DNA from: an uncultured Chitinophagaceae bacterium
Lineage (GTDB): Bacteria > Bacteroidota > Bacteroidia > Chitinophagales > Chitinophagaceae
Direction: 5' to 3'
DNA length: 64,000 nt
Assembly (NCBI GenBank): GCA_964647485.1
Contig: CAZYHV010000006.1
Location: 6,808 to 70,807 of the forward strand
A program made the position numbers and the translations under genes. Below, piece by piece: positions 55,781 to 64,000 of the stretch. Every line of letters begins with the position of its first letter. Within the stretch, counting starts at the first letter, position 1. Below the pieces are notes generated by a model. That model did no database searches. It was not told where the DNA came from and saw only the letters and a program-made list of their open reading frames with translations.

Positions 55781-56956
55781 ATGAAGAAAAAACTACTTCA
55801 AGTATTAGGCTTACTGTTTTTAGTTTTGGTACAATATTCATGTTCCGGTAGCAAGACGGTGAAACCGGAAGGGGGAAATAATGATCAAAATCAAGGGAGT
55901 AACACAGCGACGACTCCTGAAGTGAAAATCATACTAAAGAAGGACATAACGACCTCTTCTGTGGAAATAAAAGGAAAGGTAGTTCAGGATGGAGGTGCGG
56001 CTGTAACTAAACGAGGCTTTTGTTGGGATACGCTTCCCTCTCCCTCAGTAGATGATAATAGCGTTGGTGAGTCGAGTATTTCGGGTGACGGAACTTTTGT
56101 CAGTAATATTACCGGTTTAAAGGAAGATACCAAATATTATATTCGTGCGTTTGCTAAAAACAGTGCCGGAATAGCCTATGGGAAAGGGGATAGTGTGATG
56201 ACGAAAAGTAGCTCAGATGATGACCCGGGAAATATAGGAACGGTCTGGGTTGATAGCTCTTCTTTCAAGAATTACCAGGCTTTTGAAGATAAATGGAATT
56301 ATTTGTATCCCTGGGGTTCAGATCATAATGGATCTGCTCGGATGTATGCCAGTTCTGAAGACCATAGTCAAGTCTCTCTTCAAGGGGATGTTTTGGAAAT
56401 AAAGGCTACACGGATTAGTGACGATGAAGGGAAAAGTACGGCGGATCCCTATTTACAAATAAAATATCATTCCGGAGCCATTCATTTAAAGAAGCAGATT
56501 TTGGTGGATGAGGAACATCCTGTTTGGATTATTAGTGGAGATTTTAAGACGCCGGATGTAAAGGGCTCCTGGCCGGCCTTTTGGATTTCGGGCGCTTGGA
56601 GTTGGCCTCCGGAAAGCGATATTATGGAATTTAAAGGGAGCAATACCTGTTGGCAAAATACAGCTACCGGACCGGATTGGACAGATGTGAGTTGGCAAAA
56701 TGAAAAAACAGCGGTAGAAAATACAGCAGGGGAATGGCATAATTATGAGCTTAAGATGAGAAAATTTTCCTCAACAGAGGTGACTTTAATCTATTCTATA
56801 GACGGAGATGTGAAAGCAACCCATACTGCTGATTTTGTGGGGAAACCGTTTTGGTTGATAATTAATCTTCAGATGGAAGGCTCTAGTGGAGCCCCGGGTC
56901 CTCAAGAGGCAGCAATGTATGCAAAAAATGTAAAAGTGATCTCAAGGCAACTTTAA
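55781..56956 (+). CDS. GH16-family glycoside hydrolase with N-terminal Fn3/Ig-like domain, lipoprotein
   Basis: 391 aa. Lipobox YSCS. WPAFWISGAWSWPPESDIMEFKG carries the GH16 ExDxxE catalytic motif (ESDIME). The N-terminal ~100 aa form a beta-sandwich (GFCWDT...YYIRAFAKNSAGIAYG). Confidence 0.75.
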   Translation: MKKKLLQVLGLLFLVLVQYSCSGSKTVKPEGGNNDQNQGSNTATTPEVKIILKKDITTSSVEIKGKVVQDGGAAVTKRGFCWDTLPSPSVDDNSVGESSISGDGTFVSNITGLKEDTKYYIRAFAKNSAGIAYGKGDSVMTKSSSDDDPGNIGTVWVDSSSFKNYQAFEDKWNYLYPWGSDHNGSARMYASSEDHSQVSLQGDVLEIKATRISDDEGKSTADPYLQIKYHSGAIHLKKQILVDEEHPVWIISGDFKTPDVKGSWPAFWISGAWSWPPESDIMEFKGSNTCWQNTATGPDWTDVSWQNEKTAVENTAGEWHNYELKMRKFSSTEVTLIYSIDGDVKATHTADFVGKPFWLIINLQMEGSSGAPGPQEAAMYAKNVKVISRQL

Positions 56957-56985
56957 TCAATTCGTAGTAAAAAATAATAAATATT

Positions 56986-59900
56986 ATGAAGGATTCTTTA
57001 TTTAAAATTTTTAAAAAAAGGAATATACTTTCTTTTGTTACCTTATTAATGGTACTATCTTTTTCCTTTGGAACAGCTATGGCTCAAACCATTAGGGTGA
57101 AAGGAAAGGTGCAAGATAAACAGAAAGAGTCTCTTCCTGGAGTGACGATTAGAGTGAAGGGAACGACTAATGGAACCACTACAGATGACAAAGGCGCCTA
57201 TCAGATTGACGTCAATAAGAATGCCGTATTGGAATTCTCCTATATTGGATTTAAAACTAAAAATATAGAAGTTATACAGTATAAGCCTGACCCGGATGGT
57301 ATTTACTATATAAATGTGACAATGGGTATAAATCATGAGAATAAATTAGACGAAACCGTGATTGTTGGTTTTGGTACCCAAAAGAAAAGTAGCGTAGTCA
57401 GTTCAATTACGACGATTGATCCTAAAATATTGAAAGGACCTACCAGTAACTTAACAACAATGTTGGCAGGACGAGTTTCGGGTATGATTGCTTTCCAGCG
57501 AAGTGGAGAACCGGGAGCAGACAACGCCGATTTCTTTATTCGGGGATTAGGTACCTTTGGAACGGGGAAGCGCAATCCTTTAATTCTTATCGATGGTATC
57601 GAGTCTACACCTACCGATATGGCTCGTCTACAACCTGATGATATAGCCTCTTTTTCTGTATTGAAAGACGCTACTGCTGCAGCTGTTTATGGAGCTCGTG
57701 GAGCAAATGGAGTGGTGTTAATAAAGACAAAACAAGGAATCAAGGGGAAAACAAAATACTTTTTTAGAGCACAAACAAGAATTTCATCAAATACTAGAAA
57801 TTTCAAACTTGCCGATAATGTTACCTATATGAAATTGGCTAATCAAGCTGCTTTAACACGAGACCCCAATGCAGTATTACCATACAGTCAATCTAAGATT
57901 CAACATACTGCCGCCGGGGATAATCCATTGTTATATCCTAGTAATAACTGGATCAAAAAATTAATCAAGCCCTATACGGTCAATGAATCTTACAATATGA
58001 GCGCGAGCGGAGGAGGAGAAAATGCAAGGTTCTATGTATCTGGAACCTATAATATAGACAATGGCGTATTGCGGGTCAATGGAATGAATAATTTTAATAG
58101 CAATATAAAACTTCGTAACTACTCAGTTCGGAGTAATGTGAATTTGAAATTGACGCCTACAACCGAGGGAATATTAAGAGTGTATGGTCAGTTTGATGAT
58201 TACAATGGCCCCATTGGGGGAGGAACAGCTATCTTTAATCGGGCGATATGGTCGAATCCGGTAAAGTTTCCGGCAGTTTATCCCTCCAGTTTACTTCCAT
58301 ATATCAAACATCCCCTTTTTGGGGGCGCCGTTACCGGTCATGGTAGTAAAACCTTGTTGTTTAACCCTTATGCCGAAATGGTCAGAGGATATCAGGTCTA
58401 TAAAAACTCTAATATAGAACCACAGATTGAAATCAAACAGGATTTTAATTTTATTACCAAGGGACTGAAAGCCAGGGTGATGGGCTATCTACAACGGTAT
58501 TCTCATTTTCAAGTCTCCAGGGGCTATAATCCCTTCTATTATACTGCCCGTCAAAATCCAATCAATGATAGCATTATGTTGAGTGTCTTAAATGACGGTA
58601 GTGCTACCTCTATCGGCACTACAGGAACAGAGTATCTTGGCTATGACGAAGGAAATAAAACTTTGAATTCTAAAATATATATGGAAGCTGCTGTCAATTA
58701 TAGTAGAAAATTTGCTGAAAAACATGATGTATCCGGAATGTTATTATATTATTTGTCCAGCTACCAAACTGGAAATGCAGGAAGTGTTCAATCTTCCTTG
58801 CCTCAGCGGAATTTAGGAGTAGCCGGGAGATTTACCTATGGTTATGATAGCCGTTATCTATTTGAATTTGACTTCGGATATAATGGCTCTGAACGTTTTG
58901 CACAAAATCATAGGTATGGGTTTTTCCCTTCAATCGGCTTAGGATATCACATCTCTAACGAAAAGTTTTTTGAGCCCCTGAAAAATGTGATTTCAAATCT
59001 GAAATTCAGAGCTACTTTTGGTTGGGTGGGGAATGACCAGATTGGAAATACGGATGACCGGTTCTTTTATCTTTCTAATGTAAATATGAATAACGGGGTT
59101 TATGGAGCGACGTTCGGAGAAGATTTTGGATACCATAGAAATGGGGTCTCTATCTCTCGTTATGCTAATTATGATGTTACCTGGGAACGGTCGCAACAGA
59201 TTAATTTAGGAATAGATTTATCCTTGTTTAATAGTATTGATGTTACTGCGGATTTCTATAGGCAAAAACGGTATCATATTCTGCAGACGCGTTCTTATAT
59301 TGGAGCTACTATGGGGTTGCTATCTAACCCTCAGGCCAACACCGGAGAAGCGCAGAGTCAAGGGGTGGATTTGGCGATTAATTATAACAAGCAGCTGTCT
59401 CAGCATTTATGGGCTAAACTCAGAGCGACATTTACTTATTCTACCAGTGAATTTCTGAAATATGATGAGAATGATTATCCTGCGAATGAATCGTATCTTT
59501 CTCATATTGGACAATCGCTGGGACAGACATGGGGATACATAGCAGATCGTTTATTTGTTGATCAAAAAGAGGTCAACAATGCTCCCGAACAATTTGGCAC
59601 CTATATGGCAGGAGATATTAAATACCGGGATGTCAATGGCGATGGCGTCATCTCCTCCCTTGACAGAGTGCCTATCGGTTACCCTACAACGCCTGAAATT
59701 ATTTATGGATTGGGGGGGACTTTCGGATTTAAGAATTTTGATATCAGTATTTATTTTCAAGGGTTAAGCAGAGAATCCTTCTTTATTAATCCGGAAAATA
59801 TTTCTCCCTTTGTTATCAATGGAAGTGCACAAAATGGATTGCTGCAGGTGATTGCAGATGATCACTGGTCGGAAGATAATAGAAATTCTTATGCTTTTTG

Positions 59901-60180
59901 GCCCAGGTTAAGTGACCAATTTGTTGAAAACAACAATCAAACTTCTACCTGGTGGATGCGGGATGGTTCTTTTCTTCGACTAAAACAGGTGGAAATCGGA
60001 TGGACTGTACCTGATAGGTGGTTGAGAAGATATGGTTTGAGTAATGTTAGGGTGTATGCCAGTGGCATGAACCTGGCCATATGGAGCAAGTTTAAAATGT
60101 GGGATCCGGAAATGGGAGGCAATGGTCTGGGTTATCCTATCCAGTTAGTGATGAATGCAGGAATCCAATTTAATCTTTAA
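56986..60180 (+). CDS. SusC/RagA-family TonB-dependent outer-membrane transporter
   Basis: 1064 aa. IRVKGKVQDKQKESLPGVTIRVKG (CarboxypepD_reg), plug LDETVIVGFGTQKK and a SusC-type barrel ending ...AGIQFNL. Confidence 0.95.
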   Translation: MKDSLFKIFKKRNILSFVTLLMVLSFSFGTAMAQTIRVKGKVQDKQKESLPGVTIRVKGTTNGTTTDDKGAYQIDVNKNAVLEFSYIGFKTKNIEVIQYKPDPDGIYYINVTMGINHENKLDETVIVGFGTQKKSSVVSSITTIDPKILKGPTSNLTTMLAGRVSGMIAFQRSGEPGADNADFFIRGLGTFGTGKRNPLILIDGIESTPTDMARLQPDDIASFSVLKDATAAAVYGARGANGVVLIKTKQGIKGKTKYFFRAQTRISSNTRNFKLADNVTYMKLANQAALTRDPNAVLPYSQSKIQHTAAGDNPLLYPSNNWIKKLIKPYTVNESYNMSASGGGENARFYVSGTYNIDNGVLRVNGMNNFNSNIKLRNYSVRSNVNLKLTPTTEGILRVYGQFDDYNGPIGGGTAIFNRAIWSNPVKFPAVYPSSLLPYIKHPLFGGAVTGHGSKTLLFNPYAEMVRGYQVYKNSNIEPQIEIKQDFNFITKGLKARVMGYLQRYSHFQVSRGYNPFYYTARQNPINDSIMLSVLNDGSATSIGTTGTEYLGYDEGNKTLNSKIYMEAAVNYSRKFAEKHDVSGMLLYYLSSYQTGNAGSVQSSLPQRNLGVAGRFTYGYDSRYLFEFDFGYNGSERFAQNHRYGFFPSIGLGYHISNEKFFEPLKNVISNLKFRATFGWVGNDQIGNTDDRFFYLSNVNMNNGVYGATFGEDFGYHRNGVSISRYANYDVTWERSQQINLGIDLSLFNSIDVTADFYRQKRYHILQTRSYIGATMGLLSNPQANTGEAQSQGVDLAINYNKQLSQHLWAKLRATFTYSTSEFLKYDENDYPANESYLSHIGQSLGQTWGYIADRLFVDQKEVNNAPEQFGTYMAGDIKYRDVNGDGVISSLDRVPIGYPTTPEIIYGLGGTFGFKNFDISIYFQGLSRESFFINPENISPFVINGSAQNGLLQVIADDHWSEDNRNSYAFWPRLSDQFVENNNQTSTWWMRDGSFLRLKQVEIGWTVPDRWLRRYGLSNVRVYASGMNLAIWSKFKMWDPEMGGNGLGYPIQLVMNAGIQFNL

Positions 60181-60186
60181 AACGAA

Positions 60187-62139
60187 ATGAAAAGACGAAA
60201 AAATAGTGATATGAAAAATAAAAGTGTTTTAATAGGAACTTTCTGTATTATCCTTTTTACAGGGATGATAGGGTGCAACAAGTTTTTGAACATTGTTCCG
60301 GATAATGTGGCTACACTGGATCATGCTTTTCATCTTAGGAATGAGGCTGAAAAGTATCTTTTTACCTGTTATTCTTTCCTTCCGAAAGATGGGAGTGAAT
60401 TATATAATATAGGAATGATGGATGGAGATGAAGTCTGGTTGCCCTATAAAAAGGCAATTACAAGTTATGCTTTCAGAATATCTCGAGGAGATCAACGTGT
60501 TGACAATTCCCTGATGGATTCCTGGTTGGGGAATTACCAGGGAGGAGGTCCCGGTGATAACTATGGTCTTTTTAAAGGAATTCGGGTATGTAATACTTTC
60601 CTCGCTAATATTTATGAGGTGCCGGATATTACTTCTAGAGAGCGTAGGAGATGGATTGGGGAAGTACAATTCTTAAAAGCCTATTATAATTTTCTACTGT
60701 TAAGAATGTATGGTCCTATTCCTATTGTTGATAAGAATTTGCCGGTAGATGCTTCTCAATCGGAAGTCGAAGTAAAGCGACAACCCTTTGATTCTTGTGT
60801 GCATTATATTGTTAATTTAATTGATACGGCAGCAACGAAGCTTCCTGATATCATCTCCTCTAAAGTAGATGAGGAGGGTAGAATAACAAGACCTGCCGCT
60901 TTGGGAATTAAAGCCAGAGTCCTTCTTATGGCTGCCAGTCCTTTGTTTAACGGGAATTCGGATTATGCTGATTTTGTAGGTAAAGACGGCACTCATTTGT
61001 TCAACACAACTTATGATCAGAATAAATGGAAAAAAGCAGCAGGTGCTGCTTTGGAGGCTATTAAGGCGGCTGAGTCGGAAGGTCATCATTTATATAGGTT
61101 CAAGTTATCTCCTTTTGATTTGACAGATACGACGATAACAAAATTGAGTATTCGGCAAGCGATATGCGAACGCTGGAATCCGGAAATTATTTGGGGCAAT
61201 CCGAATAGTACAACAGCAGATCTTCAAGAGAGATGTATGCCTCCTTTAACAGGAAGTGAGAGTAATGATCCTGATTTTGCCAATATGATTATGTCGGCTC
61301 CTCTGAAAATTGCAAAAGAATTTTATACAAAGAATGGAGTTCCTATTGAAGAAGATAAGGATTTGGACTTCTCTGATTTGGATGCTTTAAGGACTGCAAC
61401 ACATGAGGAACGATTTAATGTAAAAGAAGGTTTTACAACGGCTCGTATTAATTTTGATCGTGGATCTCGGTTTTATGCGGATCTTGCTTTTGATGGAAGT
61501 ACCTGGTATAAGTATGACAGTCCCAGTCAGTCAGATGAAAATACCTATTATGTAGAAGGGAAATATGGAGAGAATGCAGGAGCCCGACATGCTTTCTTTT
61601 ACAATGTGACCGGGTATTATATTAAAAAGCTAGTGGATTGGAATCAGTCTACCAGTGAATCAAGTGTATCTTATAAAGCCTATCCATGGCCAATATTAAG
61701 TCTGGATGATGAGTATCTCATGTATGCAGAAGCTTTGAATGAAGCGGAAGGTCCCTCTCAAAAAGTATATCAATATCTCGACTCTGTGCGTGCAAGAGCC
61801 GGACTAGATGGAGTAGTGAAGTCTTGGGAAGATCATTCGACAAATCCCAGTAAACCGACAACAAAAGATGGATTAAGAGAAATTATTCATCAAGAACGCT
61901 TGATAGAAATGGCATTTACCGGTCATCGCTTTTGGGATTTGCGTCGTTGGAAAGATGCGGTGGAGAGATTCAATGAACCAATTACAGGATGGAATATCTA
62001 TGGCAGAGAAAAAGAATCTTACTACAATATTACGACAGTTTATCAGCAACCTTTTGTTGCTCCTCGTGATTATCTGTGGCCGATCCCTCAGAGTGAAATA
62101 ATTAAAAATCCTAATCTGGTACAGAATCCGGGTTGGTGA
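60187..62139 (+). CDS. SusD/RagB-family nutrient-binding lipoprotein
   Basis: 650 aa; an alternative start is ATG 60211. Lipobox MIGC. FLKAYYNFLLLRMYGPIPI and C-terminal HRFWDLRRW...NPNLVQNPGW are typical SusD features. Confidence 0.9.
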   Translation: MKRRKNSDMKNKSVLIGTFCIILFTGMIGCNKFLNIVPDNVATLDHAFHLRNEAEKYLFTCYSFLPKDGSELYNIGMMDGDEVWLPYKKAITSYAFRISRGDQRVDNSLMDSWLGNYQGGGPGDNYGLFKGIRVCNTFLANIYEVPDITSRERRRWIGEVQFLKAYYNFLLLRMYGPIPIVDKNLPVDASQSEVEVKRQPFDSCVHYIVNLIDTAATKLPDIISSKVDEEGRITRPAALGIKARVLLMAASPLFNGNSDYADFVGKDGTHLFNTTYDQNKWKKAAGAALEAIKAAESEGHHLYRFKLSPFDLTDTTITKLSIRQAICERWNPEIIWGNPNSTTADLQERCMPPLTGSESNDPDFANMIMSAPLKIAKEFYTKNGVPIEEDKDLDFSDLDALRTATHEERFNVKEGFTTARINFDRGSRFYADLAFDGSTWYKYDSPSQSDENTYYVEGKYGENAGARHAFFYNVTGYYIKKLVDWNQSTSESSVSYKAYPWPILSLDDEYLMYAEALNEAEGPSQKVYQYLDSVRARAGLDGVVKSWEDHSTNPSKPTTKDGLREIIHQERLIEMAFTGHRFWDLRRWKDAVERFNEPITGWNIYGREKESYYNITTVYQQPFVAPRDYLWPIPQSEIIKNPNLVQNPGW

Positions 62140-62182
62140 GTGAAAATTGATTGCTTATTAGTTTAATGATAAAAAAGAAACC

Positions 62183-63403
62183 ATGAAACTTACTCAATTC
62201 ATTCTTGGAATCTTCCTAATGATGGGAATCTTCTGTGAATTTTCCTGTCATGACGCTGAAGTTCGAGTTCCAATGGAACAAAGTAAAAATGCGCCTAAGC
62301 CCGTAACAGATGTTCAGGTGAAAGATGTGCCCGGCGGAGCGGTTATCTCTTATAATTTACCGGATAATAAAGACCTGCTTTATGTGAAAGCAGAATATAC
62401 TTTAGCTACGGGACAACAACGAAGTAAAAAATCAACCTATTATGATAATTCGATTAAAATAGATGGCTTTGCAGATACTTTAGAACATCAAGTAACCTTG
62501 TATGCTGTGAATCGGAGTGAAAAAGCTTCTGAACCGGTGACGGTTTCTTTTCAACCTAAAGTAGCTCCTGTATGGGGCGTCTTTAAAAATTTAAAGGTAA
62601 TTCCTTCTTTTGGTGGAGTGCATATTGAATCTGAAAATCCCAGTAGGGAAGATGTGGCTATCCTTTTGATGGAGCAAAACGATCTTGGAGAATGGGAGGT
62701 GGATCCGAATAGTATTTATACCTCAACCGATAGCATTGCATATAATATAAGGGGATTTGATACAACACTTCATCATTTTGCCATTACCGTCAGAGATCGT
62801 TGGCTCAATTATACAGATACCTTATATGCCAGTATTAAACCTTTATATGAAACGCTTATTCCAATTTCCGGATATAAAGGCATGAGCCTTCCCGGGGACG
62901 CTCCGGCTCATAAGACGCAACCCTCCGGTATGTGGGATGGAGACTTTATCAATTGGCCTAATATTTACATGACTGAAGGAAGTTACTTGAAGCCTGCGGT
63001 CGTTACTTTTGATATAGGCGAATCCGTGAAAGTGAGTCGACTGGTAATATGGGATTATCCGGAATATTATAATGGGAGAACCTATTATTATCAGGGATGT
63101 ATGAAAGATTTTGAAATTTGGGGATGTGTTTCTAATCCTCCTACCGGTTCAGGCTCAGGAGAGGATGGATTAAACTGGAATAATTGGATCTTATTGGGCA
63201 CTTACCATGAGGTAAAACCTTCCGGATTGCCTTATGGAGAGCAAAGTGACGAAGACTATGAGGTGGCCAATGCCGGATTTAGTTGGGATACGGATATTAA
63301 TGCTCCAAAAGTAAGATACATTAGAATCCGATGTTTAAAAAATTGGGGAGGAAGTGAAAATATGGCGATTTCCGAACTCCGTGTTTATGGGGATCCAAAA
63401 TAA
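62183..63403 (+). CDS. PUL-associated surface protein, DUF4959/DUF5000-like with C-terminal discoidin (F5/8 type C)-like domain
   Basis: 406 aa with signal/lipobox FSC. Fn3-like N-terminus (VTDVQVKDVPGGAVISYNLPDNKDLLYVKAEY). C-terminal IRIRCLKNWGGSENMAISELRVYG is typical of discoidin-type modules. The DUF names are from memory. Confidence 0.6.
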   Translation: MKLTQFILGIFLMMGIFCEFSCHDAEVRVPMEQSKNAPKPVTDVQVKDVPGGAVISYNLPDNKDLLYVKAEYTLATGQQRSKKSTYYDNSIKIDGFADTLEHQVTLYAVNRSEKASEPVTVSFQPKVAPVWGVFKNLKVIPSFGGVHIESENPSREDVAILLMEQNDLGEWEVDPNSIYTSTDSIAYNIRGFDTTLHHFAITVRDRWLNYTDTLYASIKPLYETLIPISGYKGMSLPGDAPAHKTQPSGMWDGDFINWPNIYMTEGSYLKPAVVTFDIGESVKVSRLVIWDYPEYYNGRTYYYQGCMKDFEIWGCVSNPPTGSGSGEDGLNWNNWILLGTYHEVKPSGLPYGEQSDEDYEVANAGFSWDTDINAPKVRYIRIRCLKNWGGSENMAISELRVYGDPK

Positions 63404-63428
63404 GACAGTCAGATTTAAAAGAGAAAAA

Positions 63429-64000
63429 ATGAAACACATGAAGAAACAAAATATTATTTTCGATTTAATCCTGACAGGATGGATTCTATTGATCGCTACC
63501 TCCTGTTCAAAATGGGATGATTACAAGGATTTTACAAAAGATGGTGAAATTGTTTATACCGGAAAGCTGGATTCTGTAACGGTTTATCCGGGAAAATTGC
63601 GGGTTCGCATCAGAGGAATATTACCGGCAGATCCAAATATTGTAAAATGCATAATAAGTTGGAATAGTAAGGGAGACTCTGTCACATTCCCGATTGATAA
63701 GGGAGGGGAAAAGATGGTCTTTGATCAGACTTTCCAAGTAGAAGAAGGAGTGCAGAATTTTAAAATCCAGACATTTGATGCGGAAGGAAATAGCTCTATT
63801 CCTGTTTATGTTACCGGTACGATATATGGTTCCAGATATGAAAGTGGATTAAATAATAGACCGATAGTAAAAAGGCGGTTGTTTGCTGGCGATGGGACAC
63901 TTACCCTTGATTTTGGAGAAATGAATTTGAGTACGGGAGTTTTTGCGACAGAAATAAAATATCGAGATGATAATAATCAATTAGACAGTGTTAGAATACC
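63429..64000 (+). CDS. PUL-associated lipoprotein, DUF4998-like (5' part; continues beyond the window)
   Basis: An open frame from ATG 63429 to the window end gives MKHMKKQNIIFDLILTGWILLIATSCSKWDDYKDFTKDGEIVYTGKLDSVTVYPGKLRVRIRG.... It has a lipobox and typically follows DUF4959-like genes in PULs. The DUF name is from memory. Confidence 0.55.
   Translation, partial: MKHMKKQNIIFDLILTGWILLIATSCSKWDDYKDFTKDGEIVYTGKLDSVTVYPGKLRVRIRGILPADPNIVKCIISWNSKGDSVTFPIDKGGEKMVFDQTFQVEEGVQNFKIQTFDAEGNSSIPVYVTGTIYGSRYESGLNNRPIVKRRLFAGDGTLTLDFGEMNLSTGVFATEIKYRDDNNQLDSVRI

Noticed and set aside
1-64000. CRISPR arrays, rRNA/tRNA genes, intact transposases/integrases, and prophage or defence-system genes
   Set aside because: Scanning the ORF track and the intergenic regions showed no regularly spaced identical repeats, no RNA gene signatures, and no ORF with recombinase, nuclease or defence-like motifs. 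Only relic fragments were found.

Overview
The window is a low-GC chromosomal segment, clearly from Bacteroidota. Supporting signs are SusC/SusD pairs, a hybrid two-component system, many lipobox proteins and TAnnTTTG-type promoter boxes. All calls rest on hand reading of the ORF track and sequence; no BLAST or HMM search was possible.

Left third (1-27.7 kb):
- Housekeeping and ion-homeostasis genes: a Kef-type antiporter fragment, clpS, an mntH-USP fusion with a convergent DtxR/MntR-like repressor, an ABC-F ATPase, trpS and a PduO-type adenosyltransferase.
- Two LytS-like kinase / LytTR regulator pairs. One follows a lipoprotein - outer-membrane barrel - S41 peptidase cluster. The other is translationally coupled to a TolC-MFP-MacB-type ABC efflux operon.
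- An orphan sulfotransferase, a Kelch-repeat lipoprotein, and a beta-propeller phytase bracketed by an intact doxX and a deleted doxX copy.
- Two decayed DUF4143 ATPase genes.

Right two thirds (27.8-64 kb):
- An L-arabinose catabolic operon (araB-araD-araA-SGLT) with a NUDIX/NrtR-type AraR-like regulator.
- A complete arabinan-type PUL: 2x GH51, an unknown lipoprotein, SusC/D, 3x GH43, GH127 and an HTCS.
- The start of a second PUL: an AraC-domain-only protein, GH16, SusC/D, and DUF4959-like and DUF4998-like proteins.

I saw no rRNA, tRNA, CRISPR array or intact mobile element.

Most interesting:
- Candidate LytTR boxes with 21-bp phasing upstream of the efflux/TCS operon.
- Homologous relic repeats that bracket that operon.
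- The doxX duplication around the phytase gene, with a MITE-like inverted-repeat segment in the spacer.
- An unusual 573-aa lipoprotein 5' of SusC.
- A sensor-less AraC-domain gene at the head of the second PUL.
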